A stretch of DNA of 38,411 nt from Armatimonadia bacterium. Its GTDB lineage: Bacteria > Armatimonadota > Zipacnadia > Zipacnadales > UBA11051. The notes beneath the pieces were generated by a model that saw only the letters and a list, made by a program, of their open reading frames with translations, had not been told where the DNA came from and did not search any database. The stretch spans positions 1-38,411 of the forward strand of contig JBDKRC010000171.1 in the NCBI GenBank assembly GCA_039683575.1, read 5' to 3'. The first letter of the stretch is position 1, and each line of letters begins with the position of its first letter. Both the position numbers and the translations under genes were made by a program. This document shows, piece after piece, positions 8,951-18,805 of the stretch.

Positions 8951-9694
8951 CTACCCCAACCCTCCCAGTTCATAGGCCACCAGCGCACAAGCCACGATTG
9001 CCGCCGTCTCCGTGCGCAGTATCCTGTTGCCAAGCGAAACCGCCGTCAGCCCCGCCTCCCGCCCCGTCTGCCCCTCTTCGGGCGTCAGGCCACCCTCCGG
9101 CCCCACAAACACCGCCACCTGCCGCCCCTCCCGCGCCCCCTCTAGCGCCTCGCGCAGTCCATGCCCCTGCTCGCCCGCCAGCGTCTCATCGAGCAGCACG
9201 CCCGCCTGCCCGCTCGCCCGCCACAGTGCCAGCGCCTCCGCCCATGTGACTGGCTCGCTTACCTCCGGCGGCGCCACGCCCCCGCTCTGCTCGGCGGCTT
9301 CCACTGCAATCTTCTGCCACCGCTCCCGCTTTCCCTCCACCTCCCGCGCGTCCAGCCGCACAATCGTCCGCGCGGTGATCACCGGCACGATGCGCGTTAC
9401 GCCTAGTTCGGTACACTTCTGGATGACCAACGGCCAGCGCTTGCCCTTGGGCAGGCCCTGATACAGCGTCACCTCGACTACCGGCCCCCCGCGCCTGGGC
9501 AGCTCTGCCACAATCTCAGCCCCCTCCGCCACCAGCCTCGCACGGTACTCAACCCCGGCCGCCGTGAACGCGACGAACTCCGCCCCCGCCCCCAGCCGCA
9601 GCACCACGCGCAGGTAATGCTCCACCTCCTCAGGCAGGCGCACCACCGGCGGCTCAACACATTCGCGGGGAAGATAGACACGAGGGTTGATCAT
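8951..9694 (-). CDS. rsmE: 16S rRNA m3U1498 methyltransferase RsmE
   Basis: HYLRVVLRL, QKCTELGV, EAAEQS, VGPEGGL and LGNRILRTETA motifs; start is ATG 9694 or 9703. Confidence 0.95.
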   Translation of the reverse strand: MINPRVYLPRECVEPPVVRLPEEVEHYLRVVLRLGAGAEFVAFTAAGVEYRARLVAEGAEIVAELPRRGGPVVEVTLYQGLPKGKRWPLVIQKCTELGVTRIVPVITARTIVRLDAREVEGKRERWQKIAVEAAEQSGGVAPPEVSEPVTWAEALALWRASGQAGVLLDETLAGEQGHGLREALEGAREGRQVAVFVGPEGGLTPEEGQTGREAGLTAVSLGNRILRTETAAIVACALVAYELGGLG

Positions 9695-9701
9695 CCCGCG
9701 C

Positions 9702-9730
9702 ATTGTAGCCTCCGCTCCTCCTGCGCGCAA
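9702..9730 (-). promoter_or_regulatory. Sigma70-type promoter for rsmE
   Basis: TTGCGC-17 nt-TACAAT, followed 7 nt later by ATG 9694. Confidence 0.55.
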
Positions 9731-9752
9731 CCCTGCCGGCAGGCGCGACACG

Positions 9753-9779
9753 AAAAAGCCGGAGTCCCATGACTCCGGC
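9753..9779 (-). terminator. Intrinsic terminator after prepilin-like gene
   Basis: GCCGGAGTC/GACTCCGGC stem plus U5 on minus strand. Confidence 0.8.
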
Positions 9780-9802
9780 CTATCGGACTACATCCAGCGA
9801 TC

Positions 9803-10432
9803 CTAGTTCGCATCCCAGATAGTGGTTCCGGCGCCCTTCATGGCCTGGGCGCCCAGCCACTTGGAGTGGCCGTCGACGAAGGCATGGTTGCTGCCGCCAT
9901 TGTGCCGGAAGGCCGCCCCCGGGCTCGGATTGGCGGGGTCCCAACCGTTGTAGGTGTTGGTGTCAAAGACGGGATTGCTGCCGCTGACGCGCCCGCCAGC
10001 GAACGAATAGCCCGCGTTCGAATCGCTTAGCATTACCGTCTCCGCCGGGCTCTGGATCGCGCCCAGCGCCGTACCGCCAACCTGCGTACCGGCCGTGCCC
10101 CACGAATAGCCAAGGGTGTCCATGTTGTAGCCATAGTCAGACGAGGTGCCGTTCTTGCTGGGGCAGATCAGGATCTGCGCGCTCTTGATATACGGCTGGC
10201 AGGCTACATACCACCAGGTCCCCGGTGGGTTCAGATACGCGAACATGAACTTCTCATCGTAGTCCTGCACATACGACAGCACTGCGAGAGCCAACTGCTT
10301 GGTGTTCGACAGACAGGACGACTGGCGCGCCTTCTCGCGCGCTTTGGCGAAGACCGGGAACAGGATTGCCGCCAGAATCGCGATGATCGCGATGACAACC
10401 AACAACTCGATTAGCGTAAAGCCGCGTCTCAT
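9803..10432 (-). CDS. Prepilin-type N-terminal methylation / DUF1559 / H-X9-DG protein, 209 aa
   Basis: [39 protein letters not shown] and [22 protein letters not shown]; start reassigned to 10432. Confidence 0.92.
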   Translation of the reverse strand: MRRGFTLIELLVVIAIIAILAAILFPVFAKAREKARQSSCLSNTKQLALAVLSYVQDYDEKFMFAYLNPPGTWWYVACQPYIKSAQILICPSKNGTSSDYGYNMDTLGYSWGTAGTQVGGTALGAIQSPAETVMLSDSNAGYSFAGGRVSGSNPVFDTNTYNGWDPANPSPGAAFRHNGGSNHAFVDGHSKWLGAQAMKGAGTTIWDAN

Positions 10433-10590
10433 TGTGCCGACCTCCTTGATAAGACTGTCGGTGTATGATTCGGCGCAACCTGTGGGTCTTCCTGCCGTGG
10501 GTTCCCGAAGACTTTGGGAACGGAAGGGTAGAGAAACGTGAACCGGCGGGCCCCTTTCCTCGCCCGCCTCCCACTCTCCCCCCAAACACC

Positions 10591-10618
10591 AAAAAGCCGG
10601 AGTCAACTGACTCCGGCT
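10591..10618 (-). terminator. Terminator-like hairpin, near-identical to 9753-9779
   Basis: GCCGGAGTCA/TGACTCCGGC stem plus U5 on minus strand. Confidence 0.7.
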
Positions 10619-10653
10619 ACAGAATTGCTGTGTTTCCTATGAACACCTACCAC

Positions 10654-10875
10654 AAAAAAAGAAAGCAGCCGGCCTGGGGTGTGGGAGAGGGGGACCCAGG
10701 CCGGCTGCATTTCCGCTCCGCCAGAGTGTGTAGAAAACTTTGGGCGGCGGGGCTTCAGATCAGCTTCTAGCTTGGGCGCAAGTCGAGGGGGGCAGAGGAA
10801 GCTAGAAGCTAATTGAGGGCATGACTTCGAGTGTAGCTATGTCTAGTTTCTGCAATAAAAGCTACACAACCCTAT
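10654..10875 (-). ncRNA. Candidate ~220-nt small RNA with four stem-loops and C-rich loops
   Basis: Promoter immediately upstream; perfect stems of 8 bp (10831-38/10860-67), 12 bp (10762-73/10799-810) and 14 bp (10665-78/10695-708), one imperfect stem (10713-50); ends in UUUCUUUUUUU; no credible ORF. Confidence 0.65.
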
Positions 10876-10881
10876 ATATGG

Positions 10882-10910
10882 ATACTAAACCCTCACGCAT
10901 GCCATGTCAA
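10882..10910 (-). promoter_or_regulatory. Sigma70-type promoter
   Basis: TTGACA-17 nt-TAGTAT on minus strand. Confidence 0.75.
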
Positions 10911-11104
10911 GCCCCTTTTCCCACTTTGCCCCAACTATTTCCCAGGCCGCTGTCTGCCCGACCAAGCCGGACTTTGCCACCATCGAAGAAAGTTAGAGCT
11001 GCCTTTCTTCCCCTTGTTCAAGGGTTATCACACCATGAAGCGGAACACTACGCGCCGACGAAGGTCAACTCTTGCTGTCCACAACCACCTGCCCGAGGTA
11101 TGCC

Positions 11105-13537
11105 ATGTTGCGCAGAGCCCTGCTGCTGGCACTCACGCTCCTCCTCGCCCTCCCCGCTTTCGCCGACTGGCGCGATGACCACGGCCAGCCGGACTGGGCC
11201 CGCCGCGGCTTCTGCCAGTGGGGCCATGGCGCCAACGTCAAGGGCCGCATCAAGTGGGCGGGCAACGGCTTCGGCGTGGACGTCCCCAATGCCCACCTGC
11301 TGCTCGACTGCGGCCGCAACCTGATGCAAACGATCAGCTACCTCGACAAGGAGGCCCGCCGTATCGGCGAGACCGAGGGCCAGATCAAGCGGCAGCCGTA
11401 CATCTGCAGCAAGACCATCTGGTGGCGCAGCGAGTTCCCCAAGGCCCCGCAGCTTGAGCGCTGCACCATCGTCAAGCCAGACGGCAGCCGCGTGCTCCTG
11501 TACAACAACCCCGAGCGCTATGGCGGGTGCTACAGCAGTCCGATCTGGCTCGAGTACATGAAGACCCGCGTGGATAGCCTCATGGCCGACAAGGCCTACG
11601 GCACGGTGCACTCGATCTTCTTCGACAATTGCAGCAACTACGACTGCTACTGTGCCGACTGCCGCGCGGGCTTCCGCAAGTTCACCCGCGACAAGTTCGG
11701 CGTCGAGATGGACCTGGCCGCGCCCGACAAAGCACCCAACTTCGCCTTCGCCAAACAGCTCTATGATGCCGACACCGCCGTCGCCTTCTTCAAAGCGATC
11801 AAGGTCTACCTCGATGAGAAGTACGGCCCCGGCATCCTGATCTCGCCCAACATCGGTGTCGCCTATGGGTGGAGCGACTACCTCGTCAACAAGGGCGCGA
11901 CCGACCTCGTCTTCATCGAAGAGGGCTTCACCATGCCCCCGACCGACAGCACGGTCCTCAAGTACAAGACGGGCCTCGCGTCCTCCCATGGCAAGACGAC
12001 CGGGCAGCTACTCGGCCTCGCCGAATCCCTGCGCCGCGTGCGCGCCCTCGCCCTTGATAAGGGCAACGAACTCGGCATCCTCGAGTCCTTCGTCTACCCC
12101 GAGGAGCACATGCTGGCCCTCGCCGAAGCCGCCGCAACCGGTGGCACCGACTGCCTCTCCTTCGCCCTCCGCGAGCAGAAGATCTCAGTCAGCGACGCCC
12201 CGTACCAGGTGCAGATGAAGCAGGCCATCACCCGCTATACCAACTTCCAGCGCCAGCACCTTGACCTGTGGGATCGGGCGCAGCCGGGCGCGAAGGTCGC
12301 CGTCGTGCATGGCATCATGACCCAGCTACTCGAGCGCAGCCCGACTGTCTACCGCAACACCTGCAACACCCTCGGCGCAGCGGGCATCCCGTATGAGGTT
12401 CTCATCGAAGAAGACCTCACTGCCGAGCAACTCGCCCAATACCAACTTGTCATCATGCCGCGGGTCACGCTACTCGACCCGCAGCGCGCGGCGGCGCTGG
12501 CGACGTGGGTGAAAGCTGGTGGCTCGCTCGCCGTCGTGTCCGACCTGGCGACCAGGGACGAGCTTTGCCGCGCCTATGCGCCCGAACAACTGCCCGAGGT
12601 GGCGAAGCTTCCGGCGGGTATGGCAGCGCTGGGGAAGGGGCGGACGTGGAAGCCCGCGGAGGGGTTTGAGGTGATGGCCAAGGCTGCCCTGGTGAAGCAA
12701 CTGGAGGACCTGACGGGCGGGCTGGAGTGCCGCCTGCAGACCGACAGCCCGCGCGTCTTTGCCAATATCCTGAGGAGCGCAGACGGCAAGAGCCGGAGCG
12801 TTCACCTCGTCAATTCTGACGTCACATACGACCTGCCACCCTCGCCGGACCTGCGGGACGATGACGCCACGCCCGAGGCGCGAACTTACCTCGCCGAGAC
12901 GCAGACCTGGGCGCGCAAACGTCTGCTCGTCCCGGACCTCGCCGCGGTCAAGGGCTACTCGCTCAAGTTCTTCGGCGCGACCTGCGGCGCGGCGACCGAT
13001 GCCTTCTCGCTCGTGGTCTCGCTCAACGGTCAGGACCTGAAGACCTTCAGGGGGTCAACCCTGAACGAGTCCGGTTGGTTCGAGGTCCCGGTGCCGGAGG
13101 GCCTGCTCAAGCCCGTGAACGAGATCATCTTCCGCGCCACCGGCCAGCCGAGCATGCACCCCGACTGGTTTGCGATCAAGCTCGACACCAACGCCACGAC
13201 GACCCGCTCCTCATGGTCCACCGACGGCGGCAAGACGTGGAGCGAGAAGGACCTGTCCCCCGACCCCGGCATACAGACCGGTGAGTACATGGTCCGCTTC
13301 GGCCCCACGAGCGACCCGGCGGCCGTCGCCAAGCCCGAAGACTTCATGGGTAAGCTGAAGGTCACCCCGGCGCGGAAGGTGCGGGTGAGGGTTCTTTCCG
13401 AAAATGCGGAATCGGGGCGGCTGATCAGCCCTGATGGCACCGAGCAGACTATCCAGCCACGCCGGGAAGGCAAGGTGGCGGTTTACGAGGTGCCGGAGGT
13501 CTATGTGTACTCGGTGCTGCTGCTACCGGAGAAGTGA
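11105..13537 (+). CDS. Secreted putative glycoside hydrolase-like protein (probable TIM barrel plus GH42-trimerisation/GATase-like domain), 810 aa
   Basis: Signal peptide (..PAFA-D); IFFDN..CYCADC..GFRKF metal-binding motif; [28 protein letters not shown] and HLVN motifs; SD GAGGT. Confidence 0.65.
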   Translation: MLRRALLLALTLLLALPAFADWRDDHGQPDWARRGFCQWGHGANVKGRIKWAGNGFGVDVPNAHLLLDCGRNLMQTISYLDKEARRIGETEGQIKRQPYICSKTIWWRSEFPKAPQLERCTIVKPDGSRVLLYNNPERYGGCYSSPIWLEYMKTRVDSLMADKAYGTVHSIFFDNCSNYDCYCADCRAGFRKFTRDKFGVEMDLAAPDKAPNFAFAKQLYDADTAVAFFKAIKVYLDEKYGPGILISPNIGVAYGWSDYLVNKGATDLVFIEEGFTMPPTDSTVLKYKTGLASSHGKTTGQLLGLAESLRRVRALALDKGNELGILESFVYPEEHMLALAEAAATGGTDCLSFALREQKISVSDAPYQVQMKQAITRYTNFQRQHLDLWDRAQPGAKVAVVHGIMTQLLERSPTVYRNTCNTLGAAGIPYEVLIEEDLTAEQLAQYQLVIMPRVTLLDPQRAAALATWVKAGGSLAVVSDLATRDELCRAYAPEQLPEVAKLPAGMAALGKGRTWKPAEGFEVMAKAALVKQLEDLTGGLECRLQTDSPRVFANILRSADGKSRSVHLVNSDVTYDLPPSPDLRDDDATPEARTYLAETQTWARKRLLVPDLAAVKGYSLKFFGATCGAATDAFSLVVSLNGQDLKTFRGSTLNESGWFEVPVPEGLLKPVNEIIFRATGQPSMHPDWFAIKLDTNATTTRSSWSTDGGKTWSEKDLSPDPGIQTGEYMVRFGPTSDPAAVAKPEDFMGKLKVTPARKVRVRVLSENAESGRLISPDGTEQTIQPRREGKVAVYEVPEVYVYSVLLLPEK

Positions 13538-13605
13538 ATGCAGGACAAACGAAGGGGGACGCCGAAGTTGATAACCACTACCACTTTAGTACCGGAGGTG
13601 TTCCC

Positions 13606-14238
13606 GTGCGCAAAGGTTTTACGCTGATTGAACTGCTAGTCGTCATCGCGATCATAGCCATTCTCGCGGCGATCCTGATCCCGGTCTTCGCCAAGGCTCG
13701 CGAGAAGGCACGCCAGTCGTCGTGCCTCAGCAACGTCAAGCAACTCTGTCTCGCCATCATGCAGTATGCCCAGGACTACGACGAAACGTACCCGGCCGCC
13801 TACTGCGTCAACCCCAGCGTCCCCTGGCCGCAACTGTTGCAGCCATATATCAAGAACACGCAGGTTCTCACTTGCCCTAGCGACAAGGACCCGTGGCCCG
13901 GCATAGCCGGGTGGGGCATCAGCTACATCCTCAACTACCGGATGCATCCCCCGCTGGATTCGGCCACCGGCGTCGGGATCAAGATGGCGGGTGTTGCCCG
14001 TCCCGCCGAGACCATCACGATGACCGAGAACGCCGACGGCTCCACGGGCAACCTTACCCCCACCTGCCAGTACGCCTGGGGCACCACCGGCGCAGCCGCC
14101 AGCGCCGGCTTCAACCCCTGGGCACGGATTTCCTTCCGCCACAACGAAGGCGGCAACTGCGGCTTTGCCGACGGCCACGCCAAGTGGATGATTTCCAACG
14201 AGATCATGCGGGAGCCCACGTACTGGTACATTCTCTAA
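13606..14238 (+). CDS. Prepilin-type / DUF1559 / H-X9-DG protein, 210 aa
   Basis: GTG start after [33 protein letters not shown]. Confidence 0.92.
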   Translation: MRKGFTLIELLVVIAIIAILAAILIPVFAKAREKARQSSCLSNVKQLCLAIMQYAQDYDETYPAAYCVNPSVPWPQLLQPYIKNTQVLTCPSDKDPWPGIAGWGISYILNYRMHPPLDSATGVGIKMAGVARPAETITMTENADGSTGNLTPTCQYAWGTTGAAASAGFNPWARISFRHNEGGNCGFADGHAKWMISNEIMREPTYWYIL

Positions 14239-14265
14239 CCTCGGACGTCTGCCACGCAGAACCCC

Positions 14266-14295
14266 AAAAAGCCCCGGCAATCGCCGGGGCTTTTT
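14266..14295. terminator. Bidirectional intrinsic terminator
   Basis: AAAAA-GCCCCGGC-AATC-GCCGGGGC-TTTTT between convergent genes. Confidence 0.88.
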
Positions 14296-14320
14296 CTATG
14301 TATGTATCGGTCGGGGCTAC

Positions 14321-16666
14321 CTACTTCTTCCCGCCCTTGTTGTCCTTCTCCAACTCCGCGAACGCCCGCGCAAACGCCGTCGCTGGCGCCGGTGCCGGCC
14401 GCTCCTGACGCTGTCCGCCCTGTCTCTGTCCGTGGCCCTGCTTGCGCTCCGGCCGCCGGTCCTGGTTGCCCTTGCCCTGGGCATTGCCCTGGGCGCGGCC
14501 CTCGGGCCTCGGCCCTTGCTTGCGCGGCTGGCCGGGGTTGGTCTTCATGGACAAGGCGATGCGCCCGCGCTCCAGGTCAACTTCCAGCACCGTCACCTGC
14601 ACCTGCTCCGCCACCTTCACCACCTGTGCCGGGTCGCGCACGAACTGGTCGCTCATCTCGCTCACATGCACCAGTCCGTCCTGGTGTACGCCGATGTCCA
14701 CAAATGCCCCGAAGTTCGTGATGTTGGTCACGATCCCCGGCAGCTTCATGCCCGGCTGCAGATCCGCGGGCTTCTCCACACCCTCCGCAAACGCAAACGC
14801 TGCAAACTCTTCGCGCGGGTCCCGGCCCGGCTTCGCCAATTCGTTGATAATGTCAGTCAAAGTCGGCAAACCTACCTTTTCATTTACGTACTTCACCAGC
14901 TCAATCTTAGCCCGCAGACCGGGCTCACGCATGAGCTCCTCCACCGTCACGCCCAGATCCTTCGCCATCTGCTCCACCACGCCATAGCTCTCCGGATGCA
15001 CCGCGCTTTGGTCCAGCGGATGCTCCCCGCCCCGCACTCGCAGGAACCCCGCCGCCTGCTCGAACGCCTTCGGCCCCAGCCGCGGCACCTTCGTCAAGTC
15101 CTTGCGCGACTTGAACGGCCCCTGCTCGTCCCGGTACTTCACCACATTCTCGGCCAGCTTCGGCCCCAGCCCCGACACGTAGGTCAGTAGCTGCCTGCTC
15201 GCCGTGTTCACTTCCACGCCAACCGCATTCACACAGCTCAGCACCGTATCGTCCAGCGCCTGCTTGAGCTGCCCCTGGTCCACGTCATGCTGGTACTGCC
15301 CCACGCCGATGGACTTCGGGTCGATCTTGACCAGTTCCGCCAGGGGGTCCTGCAGCCGCCGCCCGATGGACACCGAGCCCCTTACAGTCAGGTCATGGTC
15401 CGGGAACTCCTCGCGCGCCACTTCCGACGCCGAGTACACCGAGGCGCCGCTCTCGTTCACCATGACCACCTTCACGCCCTCAAGCCGCAGTGCCCGCACA
15501 AACCCCTCGGTCTCGCGGCTGGCCGTCCCGTTGCCGATGGCGATGGCCTCGATCTTGAACTTCTTCACCAGTTCCCGCACCCGCTCGGCGGCCTGCAAGG
15601 CCTGCCGGTCCGACTGCGTGGGGAAGATCGTCTCGTTGTGCAGCAGCTTGCCCGACCGGTCCAGACACACGAGCTTGCAGCCGGTCCGGAAGCCCGGGTC
15701 GAGGCCCATGACGTTGTGCTCGCCAAACGGCGGCGCGAGCAAGAGCTGCCGGATGTTCAGAGCAAACACCCGGATCGCCTCTTCATCCGCCCGCAGCTTC
15801 AGCGCCGCCCGCAGTTCCGTCTCCATCGAGGGCGCGAGCAGCCGGTCATACCCATCCGCCACAGCTTCCCCAACCTGCTCCGCCGCCGCGCTGTCGTTCT
15901 GCACAAACATGCCCTGAAGCAGCGCCAGCGCGTCATCCTTCGGCGGCTGGACCTTCAGCAGCAGGAAGCCTTCGCGCTCCCCGCGCAGCATCGCCAAAAT
16001 CCGGTGCGACGGCGCCTCAACCACTGCCTCCGACCACTCGAAGTAGTCGCGGTACTTGGCCGCCTCCGCCTCCCGCGCCAGGATCACCTGTGACTTCATG
16101 GCAGCCTTCTGCTCAAAGAACCCGCGCATCCGCTCGCGCGCTTCGGCGTCCTCGTTGACCTTCTCGGCGATGATGTCCCGCGCCCCCGCCAGCGCCTCCG
16201 CGACGTCGTTGACACCCTTCTCCGCATCCACAAACGCCTCGGCGGCCGCCATCGGGTCGGTCTCGGCCTCCTGCGCAAAGAGCAGATCCGCCAGCGGCTC
16301 CAGCCCCTTCTCCCGCGCAATCATCGCCCGCGTCCGGCGCTTGGGCCGGTAGGGCAGGTAGAGGTCTTCCAGCTTGGTCATGGTCTCCGCGGCCTCAATG
16401 TCGGCGCGGAGATCGTCGGTCAAGAGTTCGCGCTCGAGCAGCGACTGCAAGATCGCCTCGCGCCGCGTGTCGAGCTCAGCAAGCTGCGCCAGCCGGTCGC
16501 GAATGGCGGTAACGGCAACCTCATCAAGGCTACCGGTCGCTTCCTTGCGATAGCGCGAGATAAACGGGACGGTCCCGCCCTCTGCCAATAGGTCAGCCGT
16601 GGCCCGCACCTGCAAATCCTGCAGGGCCAGTTCGGCACTAATCTTGGAAATATGGCGATCGTTCAT
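14321..16666 (-). CDS. tex: Tex/YhgF RNA-binding transcriptional accessory protein, 781 aa
   Basis: TVPFISRYRKEATG.LDE, DPGFRTGCK, IAIGNGTASRET, DPKSIGVGQYQHD, HhH and S1 (FGAFVDIGVHQDGLVH) motifs. Confidence 0.96.
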   Translation of the reverse strand: MNDRHISKISAELALQDLQVRATADLLAEGGTVPFISRYRKEATGSLDEVAVTAIRDRLAQLAELDTRREAILQSLLERELLTDDLRADIEAAETMTKLEDLYLPYRPKRRTRAMIAREKGLEPLADLLFAQEAETDPMAAAEAFVDAEKGVNDVAEALAGARDIIAEKVNEDAEARERMRGFFEQKAAMKSQVILAREAEAAKYRDYFEWSEAVVEAPSHRILAMLRGEREGFLLLKVQPPKDDALALLQGMFVQNDSAAAEQVGEAVADGYDRLLAPSMETELRAALKLRADEEAIRVFALNIRQLLLAPPFGEHNVMGLDPGFRTGCKLVCLDRSGKLLHNETIFPTQSDRQALQAAERVRELVKKFKIEAIAIGNGTASRETEGFVRALRLEGVKVVMVNESGASVYSASEVAREEFPDHDLTVRGSVSIGRRLQDPLAELVKIDPKSIGVGQYQHDVDQGQLKQALDDTVLSCVNAVGVEVNTASRQLLTYVSGLGPKLAENVVKYRDEQGPFKSRKDLTKVPRLGPKAFEQAAGFLRVRGGEHPLDQSAVHPESYGVVEQMAKDLGVTVEELMREPGLRAKIELVKYVNEKVGLPTLTDIINELAKPGRDPREEFAAFAFAEGVEKPADLQPGMKLPGIVTNITNFGAFVDIGVHQDGLVHVSEMSDQFVRDPAQVVKVAEQVQVTVLEVDLERGRIALSMKTNPGQPRKQGPRPEGRAQGNAQGKGNQDRRPERKQGHGQRQGGQRQERPAPAPATAFARAFAELEKDNKGGKK

Positions 16667-16938
16667 AGTGCTGACAAAACCTCACGACAATAGCATGACA
16701 GGCTGCCACAACACCTGTGGAAGTATCCAGAAACCAACGCGGCGGATGCTTGGGGTTACCAGGCAAGAGTGGTTTCGAGGCCGCCCCCCTGCAATGACAC
16801 TATATTGTACACGAGATGGGTAGTAGAAGGGAAGGGATGTGAGCCCCTCGGTGGCCACGAACAAGGCGTTGGCGGAAACCAAGCAGGCCCCCCGGGATGT
16901 CCGGGGGGCCTGCCTATGTCTGTTCCTTGCCATTTTAC

Positions 16939-16974
16939 AAAAACAATCCCCGCCACCAGGTCGGCGACGGGGAT
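16939..16974 (-). terminator. Terminator of lipoprotein copy 1 (homologues at 17845-17882 and 18753-18790)
   Basis: ATCCCCGCCACC/GGCGACGGGGAT stem plus U5; a second strong hairpin CAGGCCCCCCGG/CCGGGGGGCCTG lies further downstream in each unit. Confidence 0.75.
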
Positions 16975-16994
16975 CGCTGGATTACCTTGTTATC

Positions 16995-17489
16995 CTACTT
17001 GAGGCCGAGGAAGCTCTTGACCGAACCTGCAGCACGCGCTGGTTCCGGTCGGGTCTCACTAGACCGGACCCTGAACTGCGTGTCACGGTCAACCTCCCAC
17101 GTCCCGTGGTCAACCTTGGAGCCTTGGTTGAAGTCCTCATAGCTTCCGGACATGCGGTCGTCGCCGCTCAGCCTGCCCGTGCAACTAATGTAGCCGCCAT
17201 CGGTATATGGAACACGGAAACTCAGCCTTGAGCCAGAGACGCTCACATGATCGATATCCCATTCATAGATGCCTTCGGCGGTAACAGTGCCCTGAAGAGC
17301 ATCGTCTTCCGTCCAGAGCGAAAGCTCTATCCCCATCGAGTCATCAGACACGCTGCTGGTCAATGTGCCTTCCCATTCGCCGTCGAAGTCGGCAGTATCA
17401 TGCGAACCGCCGCCTCCTCCGCCACAGCCCGAAACCAACAAACCTACCAGCAAGACAACGGCAGCAATCGTAAGAGACCGGTGAAACAT
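16995..17489 (-). CDS. Lipoprotein of unknown function, copy 1, 164 aa
   Basis: Lipobox VSG-C, Gly linker, F.GEW.GTL beta-rich domain; start reassigned to MFHR. Confidence 0.85.
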   Translation of the reverse strand: MFHRSLTIAAVVLLVGLLVSGCGGGGGGSHDTADFDGEWEGTLTSSVSDDSMGIELSLWTEDDALQGTVTAEGIYEWDIDHVSVSGSRLSFRVPYTDGGYISCTGRLSGDDRMSGSYEDFNQGSKVDHGTWEVDRDTQFRVRSSETRPEPARAAGSVKSFLGLK

Positions 17490-17707
17490 TGTCGTCGTTC
17501 CTCTCTTGGTGCTTTTCGTAGTTTGGTACAACAAGAGACACCACGAGACCCCCTCCACCCCTGATACTCAAGCCCTCCTCTTTCCCAGAGCCATTCTGCA
17601 CCGTCTGAAGGAGTCCTTCCCACTTGCTCAATTCTCTGGCAATTTCCTCACAAGGCGTTCCGGAAGCTCCTGTCACGGTCTCCGGAGGCCCTCGTTGCCC
17701 CACAACC

Positions 17708-17748
17708 GGCTCTTCCTCAATTCTACCCACACTAATTGAGGAAGAGCC
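17708..17748. mobile_element. 41-bp miniature element made of ISL3-like terminal inverted repeats
   Basis: GGCTCTTCCTCAATT-CTACCCACACT-AATTGAGGAAGAGCC, a perfect 15-bp IR; the right 23 bp are the exact reverse complement of 38356-38378. Confidence 0.55.
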
Positions 17749-17900
17749 CACCCCTCGGCGGCCGGCCACGAGGCGTTGGCGGAAACCAAGCAGGCCCCCC
17801 GGGATGTCCGGGGGGCCTGCTTATGTGTGTGTTTGCCATTTCACAAAAACGATCCCCGCCACCAGATCGGCGACGGGGATCGCTGGATTTCCTTGTTATC

Positions 17901-18395
17901 CTACTTGGTGCCGAGGAGGCCCTTGCCTGAACCTGCAGCATGCGTTGGTTTCGGTCCGGTCTCACTAGACCGGACCCTGAAGTGCGCGTCACGCTCAACT
18001 TCCCACGTCCCGTGATCACGTGGAGAGCCTTCGACAACGTCCTGCCAGGTTCCGGATATCGTGTCCCCGCCGCTCAACGTGCCCTTCCAGGTCGCGTAGC
18101 TGTCGTCATCATATGGAACATGGAAACTCAGCTTGGTTCCGGAGACGCTTACGTGATCGAGCTCGATCCCATCCCATGCATCATTGCTAAAAGTGCCCTG
18201 AAGAGCATTGCCTTCCATCCAGAGCGAAAGCTGCATCCCCATCGAGGCACCATCCCCGCTTCTGCTCAATGTGCCTGACCATTCCCCTTCGAAGTCGGCA
18301 GTATCATGCGAACCGCCGCCTCCTCCGCCACAGCCCGAAACCAACAGACCTACCAGCAAGACAACGGCAGCAATCGTCAGAAACCGGTGAAACAT
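17901..18395 (-). CDS. Lipoprotein of unknown function, copy 2, 164 aa
   Basis: Paralogue of copy 1 with the same signal peptide and lipobox. Confidence 0.85.
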   Translation of the reverse strand: MFHRFLTIAAVVLLVGLLVSGCGGGGGGSHDTADFEGEWSGTLSRSGDGASMGMQLSLWMEGNALQGTFSNDAWDGIELDHVSVSGTKLSFHVPYDDDSYATWKGTLSGGDTISGTWQDVVEGSPRDHGTWEVERDAHFRVRSSETGPKPTHAAGSGKGLLGTK

Positions 18396-18614
18396 GATTG
18401 TCTTCTTTCCCTTGATGTTTCTTTGCAGTTTGGTACAGCAAAAGACACCACTGGCCCCCCTCCACCCCTGATACTCAAGACCTCCTCTTTCCCAGAGCCA
18501 TTCTGCAACGTCTGAAGGAGTCCTCCCCAACTGCTCAATTCCCTGGCAATCTCCTCACAAGGCGTTCCGGAAGCTCCTGTCACGGCCTGCTGAGGCCCTC
18601 GTTGCCCCACAACC

Positions 18615-18655
18615 GACTCTTCCTCAATTCTACCCACACTAATTGAGGAAGAGCC
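18615..18655. mobile_element. Second copy of the 41-bp ISL3-like-end palindrome
   Basis: Identical to 17708-17748 except G>A at the second base. Confidence 0.55.
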
Positions 18656-18805
18656 CACCCCTCGGCGGCCGGCCACGAAGCGTTGGCGGAAACCAAGCAG
18701 GCCCCCCGGTATGTCCGGGGGGCCTGCTTATGTGTGTTCATTGCCATTTCACAAAAACGATCCCCGCCACCAGATCGGCGACGGGGATCGCTGGATTTTG
18801 CGAGT

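Noticed and set aside
8681-9145. ORFs over the palindromic repeats (also 26251-26863)
   Set aside because: Translations of repeat DNA (ILHFVQDD, CHPERSEGS)
10809-10818. CTAATTGAGG match between the candidate sRNA and the ISL3-like end
   Set aside because: Only 10 bp; compatible with chance
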